Shown: in pieces, positions 53,632 through 64,000 of the stretch
Position numbering within the stretch: the first letter of the stretch is position 1
Layout of the letters: the number at the start of each line of letters is the position of its first letter
Assembly: GCA_963796275.1 (NCBI GenBank)
Contig: CAWCKY010000007.1
Location: 832,001 to 896,000 of the forward strand
DNA length: 64,000 nt
Direction of reading: 5' to 3'
Source of the DNA: an uncultured Acidobacteriota bacterium
GTDB lineage: Bacteria; Acidobacteriota; Blastocatellia; RBC074
Notes under the pieces: model-generated
What the model was told of the DNA's origin: nothing
Database searches by the model: none
Seen by the model: the letters and a program-made list of their open reading frames with translations, nothing else
Position numbers and translations under genes: made by a program

Positions 53632-54705
53632 CTATTTTTCATCCCTCGCCGCGCGAAGTTGTTTCAAGTCTCGCAACAACGCTGCGGCTTTGGATGTCAG
53701 ATCTTCGCCCAATTCACGGCATCTGGCGACATCAGCTTCGGCTTCTTCCAGCTTGCCCTGCGCCAACCGTGTGACGCCGCGATTGCAATAGGCGACCGCC
53801 AGGCGTGGGTTGAGTTCCAGCGCCTGATTGAAATCTGTAATCGCCCGCGTGTAATCCTGCTTCGCAAACCAGGCCGCGCCACGGTGGTTCCAGGCCTTGG
53901 CCAATTCCAGGTCGATCGCAAGCGCACGGTTCAAGTCATCCAGTGCGCGGTCAGGCTCGCCTTTCATCAGCCACAGGCGGCCACGATTGATGTAAAAGAT
54001 CGCTTGCTGCGGATTGAGCGCGACGGCGTGGTCGAGATCCGCGAGCGCGCCGTCCAGATCGCCCTTCTCCTGCCGCGACACACCGCGACCATTCCAGGCA
54101 TCGGCATTGCGCGCGTCTAGCTTGAGCGCCTGGTTGCAATCAGCGAGCGCCGCATTCAGCGCGCCCTGAAGATAATGGACGCTGCAGCGGTTGCTCCATC
54201 CAACAGCATTGCGCGAATCGAGCTTGATAGCCTGATCTAAATCAGCGATGGCGGCGGTAAGATCGCCCTGATCGCCTAGCGCCCTGCCGCGGTTGATCCA
54301 GGCTCGTGCTTCGCGAGGGTTGTACTTAATTGCGCGACTGAAATCGTTGATCCCCGCCGCGCGCTCGCCCTGCCCATAGCGGATACCCCCACGATTCAAG
54401 TAGGCGTCGGCGCAACCCGGGTTCAACTCAATGGCGCGGTCATAATCGCTGACGGCACCTGTCAGGTCGCTTTTGCGTTGCCGGGCGACGGCGCGGTTGT
54501 AATAGGCCACTCCAGAACGCGAATCAAAGGCGATGGCGAGGTCGTAATCGGCGATTGCGCGCTCAATTTCGCCCTTCGCCATCCACGAATTACCGCGTTC
54601 GAGATATGAAGCTGCTGAGGACGCGCGAGAATTTTGAGCTTGAACATTGGCCGCCGCGAGCCAGAGTAAGAAGATTAAACCGTGCAAGATTCTTGGACTG
54701 GCCAT
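53632..54705 (-). CDS. Exported tetratricopeptide repeat protein
   Basis: Signal peptide; about nine 34-aa repeats (AYYNRA..AIADYD.AI.LNP). Confidence 0.9.
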   Translation of the reverse strand: MASPRILHGLIFLLWLAAANVQAQNSRASSAASYLERGNSWMAKGEIERAIADYDLAIAFDSRSGVAYYNRAVARQRKSDLTGAVSDYDRAIELNPGCADAYLNRGGIRYGQGERAAGINDFSRAIKYNPREARAWINRGRALGDQGDLTAAIADLDQAIKLDSRNAVGWSNRCSVHYLQGALNAALADCNQALKLDARNADAWNGRGVSRQEKGDLDGALADLDHAVALNPQQAIFYINRGRLWLMKGEPDRALDDLNRALAIDLELAKAWNHRGAAWFAKQDYTRAITDFNQALELNPRLAVAYCNRGVTRLAQGKLEEAEADVARCRELGEDLTSKAAALLRDLKQLRAARDEK

Positions 54706-54811
54706 CGTCTCTCCTTTTGCGCTACCGGGTTACTGCTATAGAAGACAGGCGTAGCCGAATTGCAACGAACACACGCCTGTCTCCGAACGAGCCTGCACTT
54801 GCAAACAGGCC

Positions 54812-54920
54812 CTCGGCTGAGGACGAAATTAGGGATGTTTGCGAAGCCCCGGTTATTTGTTATTCAGCGTCCCGTAAATGATCCCCAGAAACTTGCGGGC
54901 CGTAGCGATGATCGACTTGC
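54812..54920 (-). mobile_element. IS110-family transposase 3' remnant
   Basis: Minus strand reads KSIIATARKFLGIIYGTLNNK, then frameshifted NRGFANIPNFVL, resembling IS110 transposase C-termini (A.ARK motif). Confidence 0.6.
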
Positions 54921-55537
54921 TATATTCTCTGGGACTTAGCTTTCCGAGGGCTGCCGATGTAAAGCGATGAGCATTGAACTATTGCTTGGTCATTTAACCG
55001 CACTACAATCCACTCTCTTTACGTCAGGTCCAGCGGCAAATACCTCTCGATAAGTTCAAACGAAGTCGAATGATTCACGATTCGAAAGAGCGGCAGGAGC
55101 TGATACTTGGCCAAGTCGCACACTCTCGACTACTCTCGGACATCGCGTTTGATTGTTCCGTCCACTCTGACAGGCGCTCGATACCACTGAAACCGCAACA
55201 TCGCAGAAATTATTTTGGATTTGCCCCTTCGGGCGTTCGTATCTTGACACTGTTGTCCGGTGTGACGCACAATCTTTATGCGTATCCGAAGCTATCATCT
55301 TTTTTTACTGCTGATACGAATAGTCCCGATAGTCAGCGGGGCGTAGTATCCGGTCACCGTCATCACAATCGGAAACCTGCGCGTCCCGATTTCTCCTTGC
55401 GTGCTTGATCTACTGTCTTCCATCTCGTAAGGCGAAAAACGACTCCGAAACACGACACATCAGCTCAGCTTTTTTACCTCAGTGAAGTAGGCGGGACTCT
55501 TATCTACTTTGTGCGTACCCGACTGGTTCAAACGAAT

Positions 55538-56119
55538 ATGGAAAACACACCTGCCGCCGACATTTTTGAAACGACACGGCTGCTGAAGGCGTGGAGCGAG
55601 GGGGACGAAATGGCGCTGGAGCGGCTGGTTCCTCTGGTTGACGCCGAGATGCGCCGCCTGGCGCGCCATTACCTGCGGCAGGAACGGCCCGATCACATCC
55701 TGCAAACGACAGCGCTAGTCAACGAAGCGTGGGTGAGGTTGATCAACTGGCCGGATGTGGGTTGGCAGAACCGCGCCCATTTCATCGGCCTAGCTGCACA
55801 ACTGATGCGTCGCGTCCTTGTAGACGAAGCGAGGCGGCGGCGCGCGCAGAAATACGGGGGCGACGCCGTGCAGGTTTCACTCGCCAACGCCGAAGGGGTG
55901 GCGCTCGAAAAGGGTACGGACCTGTCTGCGTTGGACGACGCGCTAAACGAACTGGCGGCTTTCGACGAGCGCCAGAGCAAGATTGTCGAACTACGTTTCT
56001 TTGGCGGGCTGAGCCTGGAGGAGATCGGCGCCGCGCTGAAGATTTCTCCACGCACGGTGCAGCGCGAATGGAGTCTGGCACAGGCGTGGCTTTACCGTGA
56101 GCTTAGGGGAGAGAAGTAA
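55538..56119 (+). CDS. ECF sigma factor of the kinase-associated type (TIGR02999-like)
   Basis: HILQTTALVNEAWVRL, WQNRAHF, VELRFFGGLS, TVQREW; TAATG overlap with the kinase. Confidence 0.9.
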   Translation: MENTPAADIFETTRLLKAWSEGDEMALERLVPLVDAEMRRLARHYLRQERPDHILQTTALVNEAWVRLINWPDVGWQNRAHFIGLAAQLMRRVLVDEARRRRAQKYGGDAVQVSLANAEGVALEKGTDLSALDDALNELAAFDERQSKIVELRFFGGLSLEEIGAALKISPRTVQREWSLAQAWLYRELRGEK

Positions 56120-59100
56120 TGGACGCGAAGCTGTGGGTGCAAATCAAGGAGGTCTATGATCGCGCGCTCGGTCTCCGCCGCGAAGAGCGCGAGCGCATTC
56201 TTGCTGAGGCATGCGCTGGCGACGCCGATCTTCGCCGTGAAGTCGAATCTCTGCTCGCCGCTCACGAAGACGCCGGAACATTCCTTCAAGCGCCCGCCGT
56301 CGAGGTTGCTGCTCGTGAAATTATCGCCGACCAATTTATATCTACCGTTACCGTAATCTCGTCTGCGGCGCCTAACCTCATCGGGCGGGAACTAGCGAAT
56401 TACAGAATCATTTCACTTTTGGCCAAGGGGGGGATGGGTGAGGTATATCTCGCACAAGACACATCCCTCAGACGCAAGATCGCGCTCAAGATACTCCCCA
56501 CTAAATTCACAGCCGATGAAGACCGGTTGAAACGTTTTGTGCAAGAAGCTCAGTCGGCATCCAGCCTCAATCACCCGAACATCATCACGATTTATGAGAT
56601 TGGATATGTCAACGATGTACACTTCATCGCCACGGAGTTTATTGACGGCCAGACGCTCCGCAAGCTGATCGCGGAATCGTGCCTTACACTTCGCGATGTT
56701 CTTGATCTCGCCACACAAATTGCCAGCGCTATGGCTGCCGCACACGCTGCGGGCATTGTGCATCGTGACATCAAGCCAGAGAACATTATGGTGCGCCCAG
56801 ACGGCCTGGCCAAAGTCCTCGATTTCGGCGTCGCCAAGTTGACGGAGGCACCCCCGACAATGATTGAGGCTCACCCTTCAATTGCTAATGAGTCGAGCAC
56901 CAAGTCCGGAATAATGGGGACGCCGCAGTACATGTCACCGGAGCAGGCGCTTGGGCAGAAGGTGGATACGCGCACGGACATCTTCAGTTTGGGCATAGTG
57001 CTCTATGAGATGATCACCGGAACCATGCCATTCGGGGGCGAGTCGATGGACGATGTGATCGCCGCGCTCCTCAGGAGCCGACCACTACCGCTGTCTCATT
57101 TCTTCCCCGGGGTACCACACGAGTTGGAGCGGATTGTTGAGAAGACTCTGCTCAAAGACCGTAGACTCCGATATCAAATCGTCAACGCCTTGCAACTCGA
57201 TCTCAAAAACCTCAAAGAGAACCTGGATTTTGAGGACCGACTGGCTGGCACCTACCGGCGGCGATTGCGGGATAGAATGATGGTTAAAACGAATGTCTAT
57301 TCGACGAGAGAAGAACTACAGCTGGAATCCACGGTGCGGAACCGCGAAGTCTCCGATAAACAACCTGTTTCCAACACCGAACATCTGCGCAAAGCTATCA
57401 ATCGGCACAGGCGCAACGCGCCGTTGATTCTGGCAGCGCTCGCCATAGTCACCTTCGGCCTTGTCTTTGGATGGCATAGAGGTATTGATATACAAGAAGT
57501 TGATGAGCAGCGAGCCGAGCCTTTTAAGACGATCAATATCATCCGTCAAACGAACACAGGAAAAGCCATCCGCTCTGCCATCTCCCCGGATGGTAAATAC
57601 ATTGTTTACGCGCTCAACGATGCCGGGCAACAAAGCCTCTGGCTTGGACAGGTGAATACTATGAATAGTACACCGATCGTGCCACCGGCCCCGGTCAATT
57701 ATCTGGGAATCACATTTTCGGGCGATGGCAGTTTTATTTATTACGTCAGGTCGGAGCCGGAGGGTGTGCTCTATCGCACACCCACACTGAGCGGCGCAGT
57801 GCGAAAGCTGCTTGTCAATGTGGACAGCCCGATCACTTTTTCCCCCGATGGCAAACAGGTCGCTTTTGTGCGCTTTGGTGGGGGATCAGCCAAGGGTTTC
57901 TTGATGATCGCACAAGAAGACGGCAGCAACGAGAAGACGCTCTCTGAGCTCAGCGATCGGAATATAATCCGCAAAACCGGTCCGGCCTGGTCACCTGATG
58001 GCAAGCTGATCGCCTGTGCCGTTGATAATCCTACTCGCGCTTCCCACACAGTGGTCGGTGTGCCCCTCGAGGGCGGGGCAGAAATACCGCTCACAACGCA
58101 GCAGTGGGCGGCTGTTGGACAGGTCGCCTGGTTGTCAGATGGCAGTGGTCTGCTTGTGGCGGCGGCAGAACGGGATTCGAATTTGATGCAGATTCTGGCA
58201 TATCTCCTATCCGGGAGGTGCAGCCCGTCGGGTAACTACTGACCTGAGCACATATTCAAATATCAGCCTGACAGCCGACTCCAGATCTTTTACCACCATC
58301 AGGACTGATCAGTTTATGAATATTTGGGTCGCGCCACCAGGAGGTGATGCCAGTCGCGCCGTCCAGATCACCGCCGGAGCGCAAAGGGTAGATGGGTTTC
58401 GCGGCCTGGTCTGGACGCATGATAACAAGATCGTCTACCGCACGATTCAGAATGGCAATCCCAACATCTGGATGATGAATTCGAGTGGGACGGGTAACAG
58501 GCAACTATCGAATGATGCCGATCAAAACCTTGATCCGACAGTCACACCCGATGGCCGATACATCGTCTGGTCGTCGAGCCCTGAAGTCAATCGCAACATC
58601 TGGCGCATGGAGTTGGACGGCAGAAGTCCTCAGAAATTGACCAATGGCCCTGGCGAATGGTTCCCGCAAATAACGCCCGATGGGAAGTGGCTGGTCTACC
58701 AGTCGCACGGTACCAAGGAGATCAATCGGGTTTTGAAGAAAGTCCCACTTATTGGCGGTGATTCTGTGCAATTGACTGACAAGGCGTCCTGGGCGCCGGC
58801 CCTTTCGCCTGATGGTAAAATGATCGCCTGTAACTATTATCCGAAAGCAGGAGCTCCGAACAAAATTGCAGTCATCTCGATTGATGGTGGCCCTCCTATC
58901 AAGGTCTACGAGGTTACGGGGGAAAATGATCGGCCCATCCGCTGGAAGCCGGATGGACGGGCGCTGGCATTTGCCGTCACGAAAGGCGGCATCTCTAACA
59001 TCTGGACCCAACCGATCGCGGGCGGCCCGCGAAGGCAATTGACGCAGTTCACCTCGCATCAAATCATCAATTTTGCCTGGTCACGCGATGGCCGGCAACT

Positions 59101-59158
59101 CGCCTTGTCGCGCAGCCTGGTATACAACGATGTGGTGATCATCAGAGACATCAGATAG
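56119..59158 (+). CDS. Hanks-type Ser/Thr kinase with TM and C-terminal TolB-like (PD40) beta-propellers (+1 frameshift at ~58193)
   Basis: GGMGEVY, ALKIL, HRDIKPEN, DFG, GTPQYMSPE; SPDGK repeats. Deleting one T in AGATTCT joins 56119..58242 to 58316..59158 (MQIWHISYPGG..). Confidence 0.9.
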
Positions 59159-59452
59159 GGAGTGAGTCAGAGCTCTAGAACTTTCCTCAGCCTTTCCGCG
59201 AGCAGTGCAAGCCTGGGGCTATTGGCCTGAGAGTTACGCATCCATTCATCCGAACAATGGCCGCTCCGCTCACCTACAAAACCAATAGCCGGCCCGCCAG
59301 TATTGAGCGCGTAATGAAGGCGTGCAGTAGATCGTGTCGATGACGTTTTTGACGTGGGCAGCTATGGCATCCGACCTGGTTATGGCACAATACTCCCCGT
59401 TTCCCTATTAGCTGTAGCACAACATTTCGGTCCCCTAACAGGAGGTGTAACC

Positions 59453-60646
59453 ATGCTTCGCTGGTTGCTTTCTTGGGCATTGCTCATCGTAGTCTGCAGC
59501 TTCACTTCCTCCGGTCAGACGGCGAAATTGCAGGATCCAAGGTACCCCTCGCGTCCTGGTTTCCAGCCCGCGCCCGAGGCGCCGGCTATGCCGACGGCCC
59601 TGATGAAACTGCCCAGGACTAATATTACTTCTGCCAAGTTTCCAGCTCTCGACTTCCATTTCCATGGCTCGCGACTCAGGACTGCCGAAGACTATAAAGA
59701 ACTGATCAAGCTGATGGACGATACCGGCGTCGGCGTGATCTGCAACATGGACGGTGGATTCGGAAAAAACTTCGATCAGAATATTAGATTGGGCGAGACC
59801 TTCCGTGATCGCGTCATTCATTTTGCCCGACTCGACTTTGAAGGGATCAATGAGACAGGATGGTCCGCCAGGACTGCCGCGGAACTGGAGCGCTGTTTTC
59901 TGGCCGGCGCGGCGGGGCTGAAGATCAATAAAGTACTCGGGCTCGATCTGAAAAATTCCGACGGCGCCTATATCCAATCCGATGATCCGCGATTCGATCC
60001 GATCTGGGAAATGTGTGCCAAGCACAACAAGCCAGTCATGATCCACACGAGCGACTCTTATGGGCGATTCCTTCCCATCGGCCCGGAAAACGAGCGCTAC
60101 GAAGCCGGGCTTTGGCGGAACAGCCCCGAGGGGAATTACTACCAGACCGGGCAGCCGACTCCCGACGTGATCGACAAGGCTCGCGAAAACATGCACGCCA
60201 GGCATCCCAAGACGCGCTTCGTCAACGCGCACATGGCGATGCTGTACTACGATATGGATAAAGTCGCTGCGCTGTTGGACAAGTATTCCAATGCGGATGT
60301 CGAAATCTCCGCGACCGTTCAGGACCTGGGCCGTGCGCCCCTGATGATTCGAAAGTTCATTCTCAAATATCAGGACCGCATCCTCTTCGGATCCGACGGC
60401 AATCCCGGCCGGGGGATTGAAGAGTTCTGGGTGCCTCACTGGAGGTTCCTCGAGACCTATGATGAACACTTCGATCATCCGGCCCAGCTTCGTTCGGCCA
60501 CGGGCGCCCCGCTGCACGGACGGTGGCGAATTTATGGCATCGGCCTTCCGGACGGCGTCCTGCGCAAAGTTTACTATGCCAATGCCCTGCGGTACCTGCC
60601 GTCGGCCCGTGCTTCGATTCAGAAGCAACTCGCGGCGCGACGCTAG
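59453..60646 (+). CDS. Exported amidohydrolase family 2 protein
   Basis: AGGAGG RBS; signal peptide; DFHFH, GLKI, MIHT, NAH, ILFGSD. Confidence 0.88.
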   Translation: MLRWLLSWALLIVVCSFTSSGQTAKLQDPRYPSRPGFQPAPEAPAMPTALMKLPRTNITSAKFPALDFHFHGSRLRTAEDYKELIKLMDDTGVGVICNMDGGFGKNFDQNIRLGETFRDRVIHFARLDFEGINETGWSARTAAELERCFLAGAAGLKINKVLGLDLKNSDGAYIQSDDPRFDPIWEMCAKHNKPVMIHTSDSYGRFLPIGPENERYEAGLWRNSPEGNYYQTGQPTPDVIDKARENMHARHPKTRFVNAHMAMLYYDMDKVAALLDKYSNADVEISATVQDLGRAPLMIRKFILKYQDRILFGSDGNPGRGIEEFWVPHWRFLETYDEHFDHPAQLRSATGAPLHGRWRIYGIGLPDGVLRKVYYANALRYLPSARASIQKQLAARR

Positions 60647-60700
60647 AACTCTGGCGGTCAGATGATCGGGATAGATCGAATCCAAACCTGGAGTCTCAGA

Positions 60701-62347
60701 ATGCCGGAAAGAATCCTGATAATCGTCTCTCTACTTGGCGTTGTACTGTTGGCGCTGGCTCCCACCTCAATAGGTCAATCGCCATCGTCCCGTGGCTTGC
60801 CGGTCACGTCTGAAAGGCTGCTTAAAGCAACGGAAGAGCCGGGCAATTGGCTAACCTATGGCGGCGATTATCGGAGCCATCATTACAGCAGCTTGAACCA
60901 GATCACCGCCGACAATGTCCACCGGCTCCGCGCCAGGTGGATCTATCAAATGCATCGCCCGAAGGTCGAGGCCACTCCGATTGTCGTGGATGGCGTGATG
61001 TACCTCACGCGCCCGCCCAGCGATGTGATTGCCCTCGACGCTGAAACCGGGCGCGCGTTATGGACCTTCGAGTACAGGTTTGCTGCCAACGTCTATACAT
61101 GCTGCGGTCAGGTCAATCGTGGCCTCGCGATCCTTGGCACCACTCTTTTCATAACAACGCTGGATGCCAAGCTGGTGGCGCTCGATGCGCGTTCCGGTCG
61201 CATGCTCTGGAAAAGAGAGCTGGCAGACTCCGGTCTCAACTACACGGCTACCGGCGCCCCGCTCGTGATCAAAGATAAGGTGATCGTTGGGATCGCGGGT
61301 GCAGAAGGCGGCATTCGCGGCTTCCTCGACGCTTACAATGCGCAAACGGGCGAGCGCGTATGGCGGTTCTGGACCATACCGGCGCCGGGCGAGCCGGGCT
61401 CGGAGACTTGGGAGGGCGGTGGCAATGCGTGGAAGCACGGCGGAGGATCGACCTGGATCACTGGCTCCTATGATATGGACCTGAACCTCGTCTATTGGGG
61501 CACGGGCAATCCCGGTCCCGATTACAACGGCGACGTTCGTCCCGGGGACAACCTCTATACATGCTCGTTGCTCGCGCTGGATGCGGACACCGGAAAGTTG
61601 AAGTGGCATTTCCAATTCACTCCGCACGACACACATGATTGGGATGCCACGCAGGTTCCGGTCCTGCTCGATTCAACGTTTGACGGGCGTCCTCGCAAAC
61701 TGGTGGTCGTTCCCAGCCGTAATGGCTTCCATTATGTCCTCGACCGCGTAACCGGTGAATTCTTGTTAGCGAAGCCATATGTGAAGCAGACCTGGGCCAA
61801 AGAGATCGATAAGAAGGGGCGTCCTGTTCTCAACTCGAATCAGGATCCGACATACGAAGGTAATGATTTGGTCTGGCCAGGAGTAGACGGCGGCAATAAC
61901 TGGATGTCGCCCAGTTACAATCCCGATACGAAGCTCCTTTATTTCAACGCGCGCGAAGAACGGCGCCGTTACTTTAAGACCGATGCCCCGGAATTTCGAC
62001 CAGGCGAATCTTACTTCGGCGGAGGCGGAGGTGGAGGGGCGCGTTTCCGTCCCGAAGAGAGCTGGGGCCGTTTGATTGCCATGACGCCGGAGACGGGAGA
62101 GATCAAGTGGGAGCACCGCATCCTGGCGCCACCATGGGCCGGGGTGCTCTCGACCGCGGGGAACCTGGTCTTCTCGGCTACGCCGAGCGGGAACTTCTAT
62201 GCTCTTGATGCGCGCACGGGCAAGGAGCTATGGCATTTCAGCGGGGGTGATCGCGTCTTCGCCAGCCCGATTACCTTCCTAAGCCGAGGCAAGCAGTTGG
62301 TCGCGATTCCGATTGGGGACATCCTCATCGCTTTTGGACTCGACTGA
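60701..62347 (+). CDS. PQQ-dependent dehydrogenase, methanol/ethanol family
   Basis: Trp-docking repeats (ALDA.TG...W), vicinal CC, GAEGG, GTGNP, PHDTHDWDA. Confidence 0.92.
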   Translation: MPERILIIVSLLGVVLLALAPTSIGQSPSSRGLPVTSERLLKATEEPGNWLTYGGDYRSHHYSSLNQITADNVHRLRARWIYQMHRPKVEATPIVVDGVMYLTRPPSDVIALDAETGRALWTFEYRFAANVYTCCGQVNRGLAILGTTLFITTLDAKLVALDARSGRMLWKRELADSGLNYTATGAPLVIKDKVIVGIAGAEGGIRGFLDAYNAQTGERVWRFWTIPAPGEPGSETWEGGGNAWKHGGGSTWITGSYDMDLNLVYWGTGNPGPDYNGDVRPGDNLYTCSLLALDADTGKLKWHFQFTPHDTHDWDATQVPVLLDSTFDGRPRKLVVVPSRNGFHYVLDRVTGEFLLAKPYVKQTWAKEIDKKGRPVLNSNQDPTYEGNDLVWPGVDGGNNWMSPSYNPDTKLLYFNAREERRRYFKTDAPEFRPGESYFGGGGGGGARFRPEESWGRLIAMTPETGEIKWEHRILAPPWAGVLSTAGNLVFSATPSGNFYALDARTGKELWHFSGGDRVFASPITFLSRGKQLVAIPIGDILIAFGLD

Positions 62348-62357
62348 ACAGTTTCTT

Positions 62358-63164
62358 ATGCGAAGAATCTTTCTGATCGCCTACTGTTTGATGAGTTGTG
62401 CGCTTGCAATGCAGGCGCAAAGACCGGCAACGCAATCTCGGGCCAGCCTCCCGGAAGCAAACCCTTATACCACAGCAGCGGACCTGGTAGCCGGGCGTAA
62501 GCTCTATGTTGGCCGGTGCGGTCACTGTCACGGCAAGAACGGCGAAGGCGGGCGCGGCGCCACTCTGAACACAGGCCGGTTTAAACACGGGAGTTCCGAC
62601 CGTGAAATATTCCTAGTTATCCGCAACGGCATTCCCAACACGGAAATGCCGGGCACGTTCAGTTCTCCCGAAGCCGAAGTTTGGCGCATGGTCGCATACG
62701 TGCGGCAATTGGGGCGGCAAGGGACGCCGGAGCCGGTCACAGGCGACCCAGCGGCAGGAGCCATCATCTATCAGAAGAACGGCTGCGCGTCCTGCCATAG
62801 CATCGACGGGAAAGGTGGCCTCTTGGGACCGGACCTTTCGGACATTGGAGACAAGCGCGCAATACGGCATTTACGCGAATCGATCGTGGAGCCGAACATT
62901 GATATTCCGCTCGACTATCGCACGGTGGAGGTGATCAGCATAACGGGGAAGAGCAGCAGCGGGATTCATCTCAATGAAGATGAATATTCGATCCACCTGC
63001 GCGACATAAAGGGCGATCTGCGGTCTTTTATGAAGAGCGAACTTAAAGAGATTAAGTTGCCCAGGGAGTCCCTGATGCCGGGGTATGCCTCGCTTTCAAA
63101 CGACGATCTGGAAAATCTGGTTGGGTATCTCGGTTCTTTGCGACAAACGCGGAGGGCACAGTGA
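62358..63164 (+). CDS. Di-heme c-type cytochrome
   Basis: Signal peptide; CGHCH and CASCH; GPDLS and SLMP motifs. Confidence 0.9.
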   Translation: MRRIFLIAYCLMSCALAMQAQRPATQSRASLPEANPYTTAADLVAGRKLYVGRCGHCHGKNGEGGRGATLNTGRFKHGSSDREIFLVIRNGIPNTEMPGTFSSPEAEVWRMVAYVRQLGRQGTPEPVTGDPAAGAIIYQKNGCASCHSIDGKGGLLGPDLSDIGDKRAIRHLRESIVEPNIDIPLDYRTVEVISITGKSSSGIHLNEDEYSIHLRDIKGDLRSFMKSELKEIKLPRESLMPGYASLSNDDLENLVGYLGSLRQTRRAQ

Positions 63165-63880
63165 CCTTTAGGACCATTATCCGCGACTCTGTCGCGGCAC
63201 TGGCAATTCTTGGCATGTTAGAGCCTGGTTCGAGCGGCGGAGGGATTATGGATCAGACATTCGAGAGCGTAATGTGGACCTTTGACCGGCTTGAGAATAT
63301 TGGCGGCCATAAAACCACGGTTCTTGGACAACCCAAAGTCATCGATTCGCGTGCCGGCAAGGCTGTCGAGTTCGACGGTGTGGATGATGCGTTATTCATT
63401 GACAACCACCCGCTGGCGGGTGCCAGGACCTTCACCTGGGAGGCCATCTTCCGTCCCGATGGAGGACAGAGGGAGCAGCGCTGGTTTCATATAAGTGAGC
63501 AGGATCCCCAGACTGGTGCTGACACAGACAACCGGATGCTCTTTGAAATCCGGGTCGTCGATGATCAGTGGTATCTCGACAGCTACATCCAATCGGGAAT
63601 CGAGAGCAAAGCCCTGATGAACCGCAATGCGCTTCACCCGCTCAGAGCCTGGTATCACGTCGCGTCTGTATATGACGGTCAGGAATTCAGGAATTATGTA
63701 GATGGCGTTCTAGAAGGCTCGGCCCAACTACAACTGCCTCCTCAAGGAGCGGGCCATACGTCGATCGGAGTGCGGATCAACAAAGTGTTCTATTTTAAGG
63801 GAGCCGTTCAGATGGCTCGCTTTACGCGGAAGGCGCTATCGCCTTCCGAGTTCCTCCAGCCCTCGGCTCGCGTGCGATGA
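63161..63880 (+). CDS. LamG/concanavalin A-like domain protein
   Basis: AVEFDGVDD, FTWEAIFRP, WYHVASVYDG..YVDG; GTGA overlap with the cytochrome gene. Confidence 0.82.
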   Translation: MTFRTIIRDSVAALAILGMLEPGSSGGGIMDQTFESVMWTFDRLENIGGHKTTVLGQPKVIDSRAGKAVEFDGVDDALFIDNHPLAGARTFTWEAIFRPDGGQREQRWFHISEQDPQTGADTDNRMLFEIRVVDDQWYLDSYIQSGIESKALMNRNALHPLRAWYHVASVYDGQEFRNYVDGVLEGSAQLQLPPQGAGHTSIGVRINKVFYFKGAVQMARFTRKALSPSEFLQPSARVR

Positions 63881-64000
63881 TAATTTTCGCCGTCCGATAC
63901 TTGAGATGTCTTTGATGTTTCGTGATTACACTCAGATTCTGGTTGATTCTATGTAACTAAATAGAAAATGAATAAAAAGCATTCTTATGTACGCTTATTT

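Noticed and set aside
55070-55408. 112-aa ORF in the spacer before the ECF sigma
   Set aside because: No motifs or RBS, and it lies in a decayed region.
59435-60685. 416-aa antisense ORF and other long shadow ORFs (e.g. 6381..7184, 28272..29087, 40772..41749)
   Set aside because: They mirror well-supported genes on the other strand, lack recognisable motifs and are expected from GC-rich codon bias.

Overview
A gene-dense bacterial chromosome segment that looks like Acidobacteriota (probably Blastocatellia-like). This is inferred from four Oar-type TonB-dependent receptors with carboxypeptidase-regulatory N-termini, an ECF-sigma/Ser-Thr-kinase pair and a PQQ dehydrogenase/cytochrome c cluster. 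Contents in order: parA-parB, a PDZ-TM-GAF-PP2C phosphatase, a PL6-centred polysaccharide cluster, an unexplained three-gene exported trypsin-ankyrin operon, lpxD/xerD, an ECF/anti-sigma/TonB_C-insert operon, TBDR-M14-TBDR, an IS66 remnant whose probable right end lies beyond a passenger lipoprotein gene, an M36 peptidase, an ECF/anti-sigma/Spy-like/SBP operon divergent from an XRE + IrrE-like pair (EExxH instead of HExxH), an IS110 scar, and the PQQ cluster. Two sequence-level signals stand out. First, all five +1 frameshifts I could resolve (parA, a hypothetical hydrolase, xerD, a TBDR, the kinase) are single-base insertions inside an RGATCY hexamer, most simply long-read errors marking a methylated motif. 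Second, many intergenic spacers hold palindromic elements built from 9-nt-period units. No rRNA, tRNA or CRISPR array was found. All family assignments are from motif recognition by eye, not database searches.
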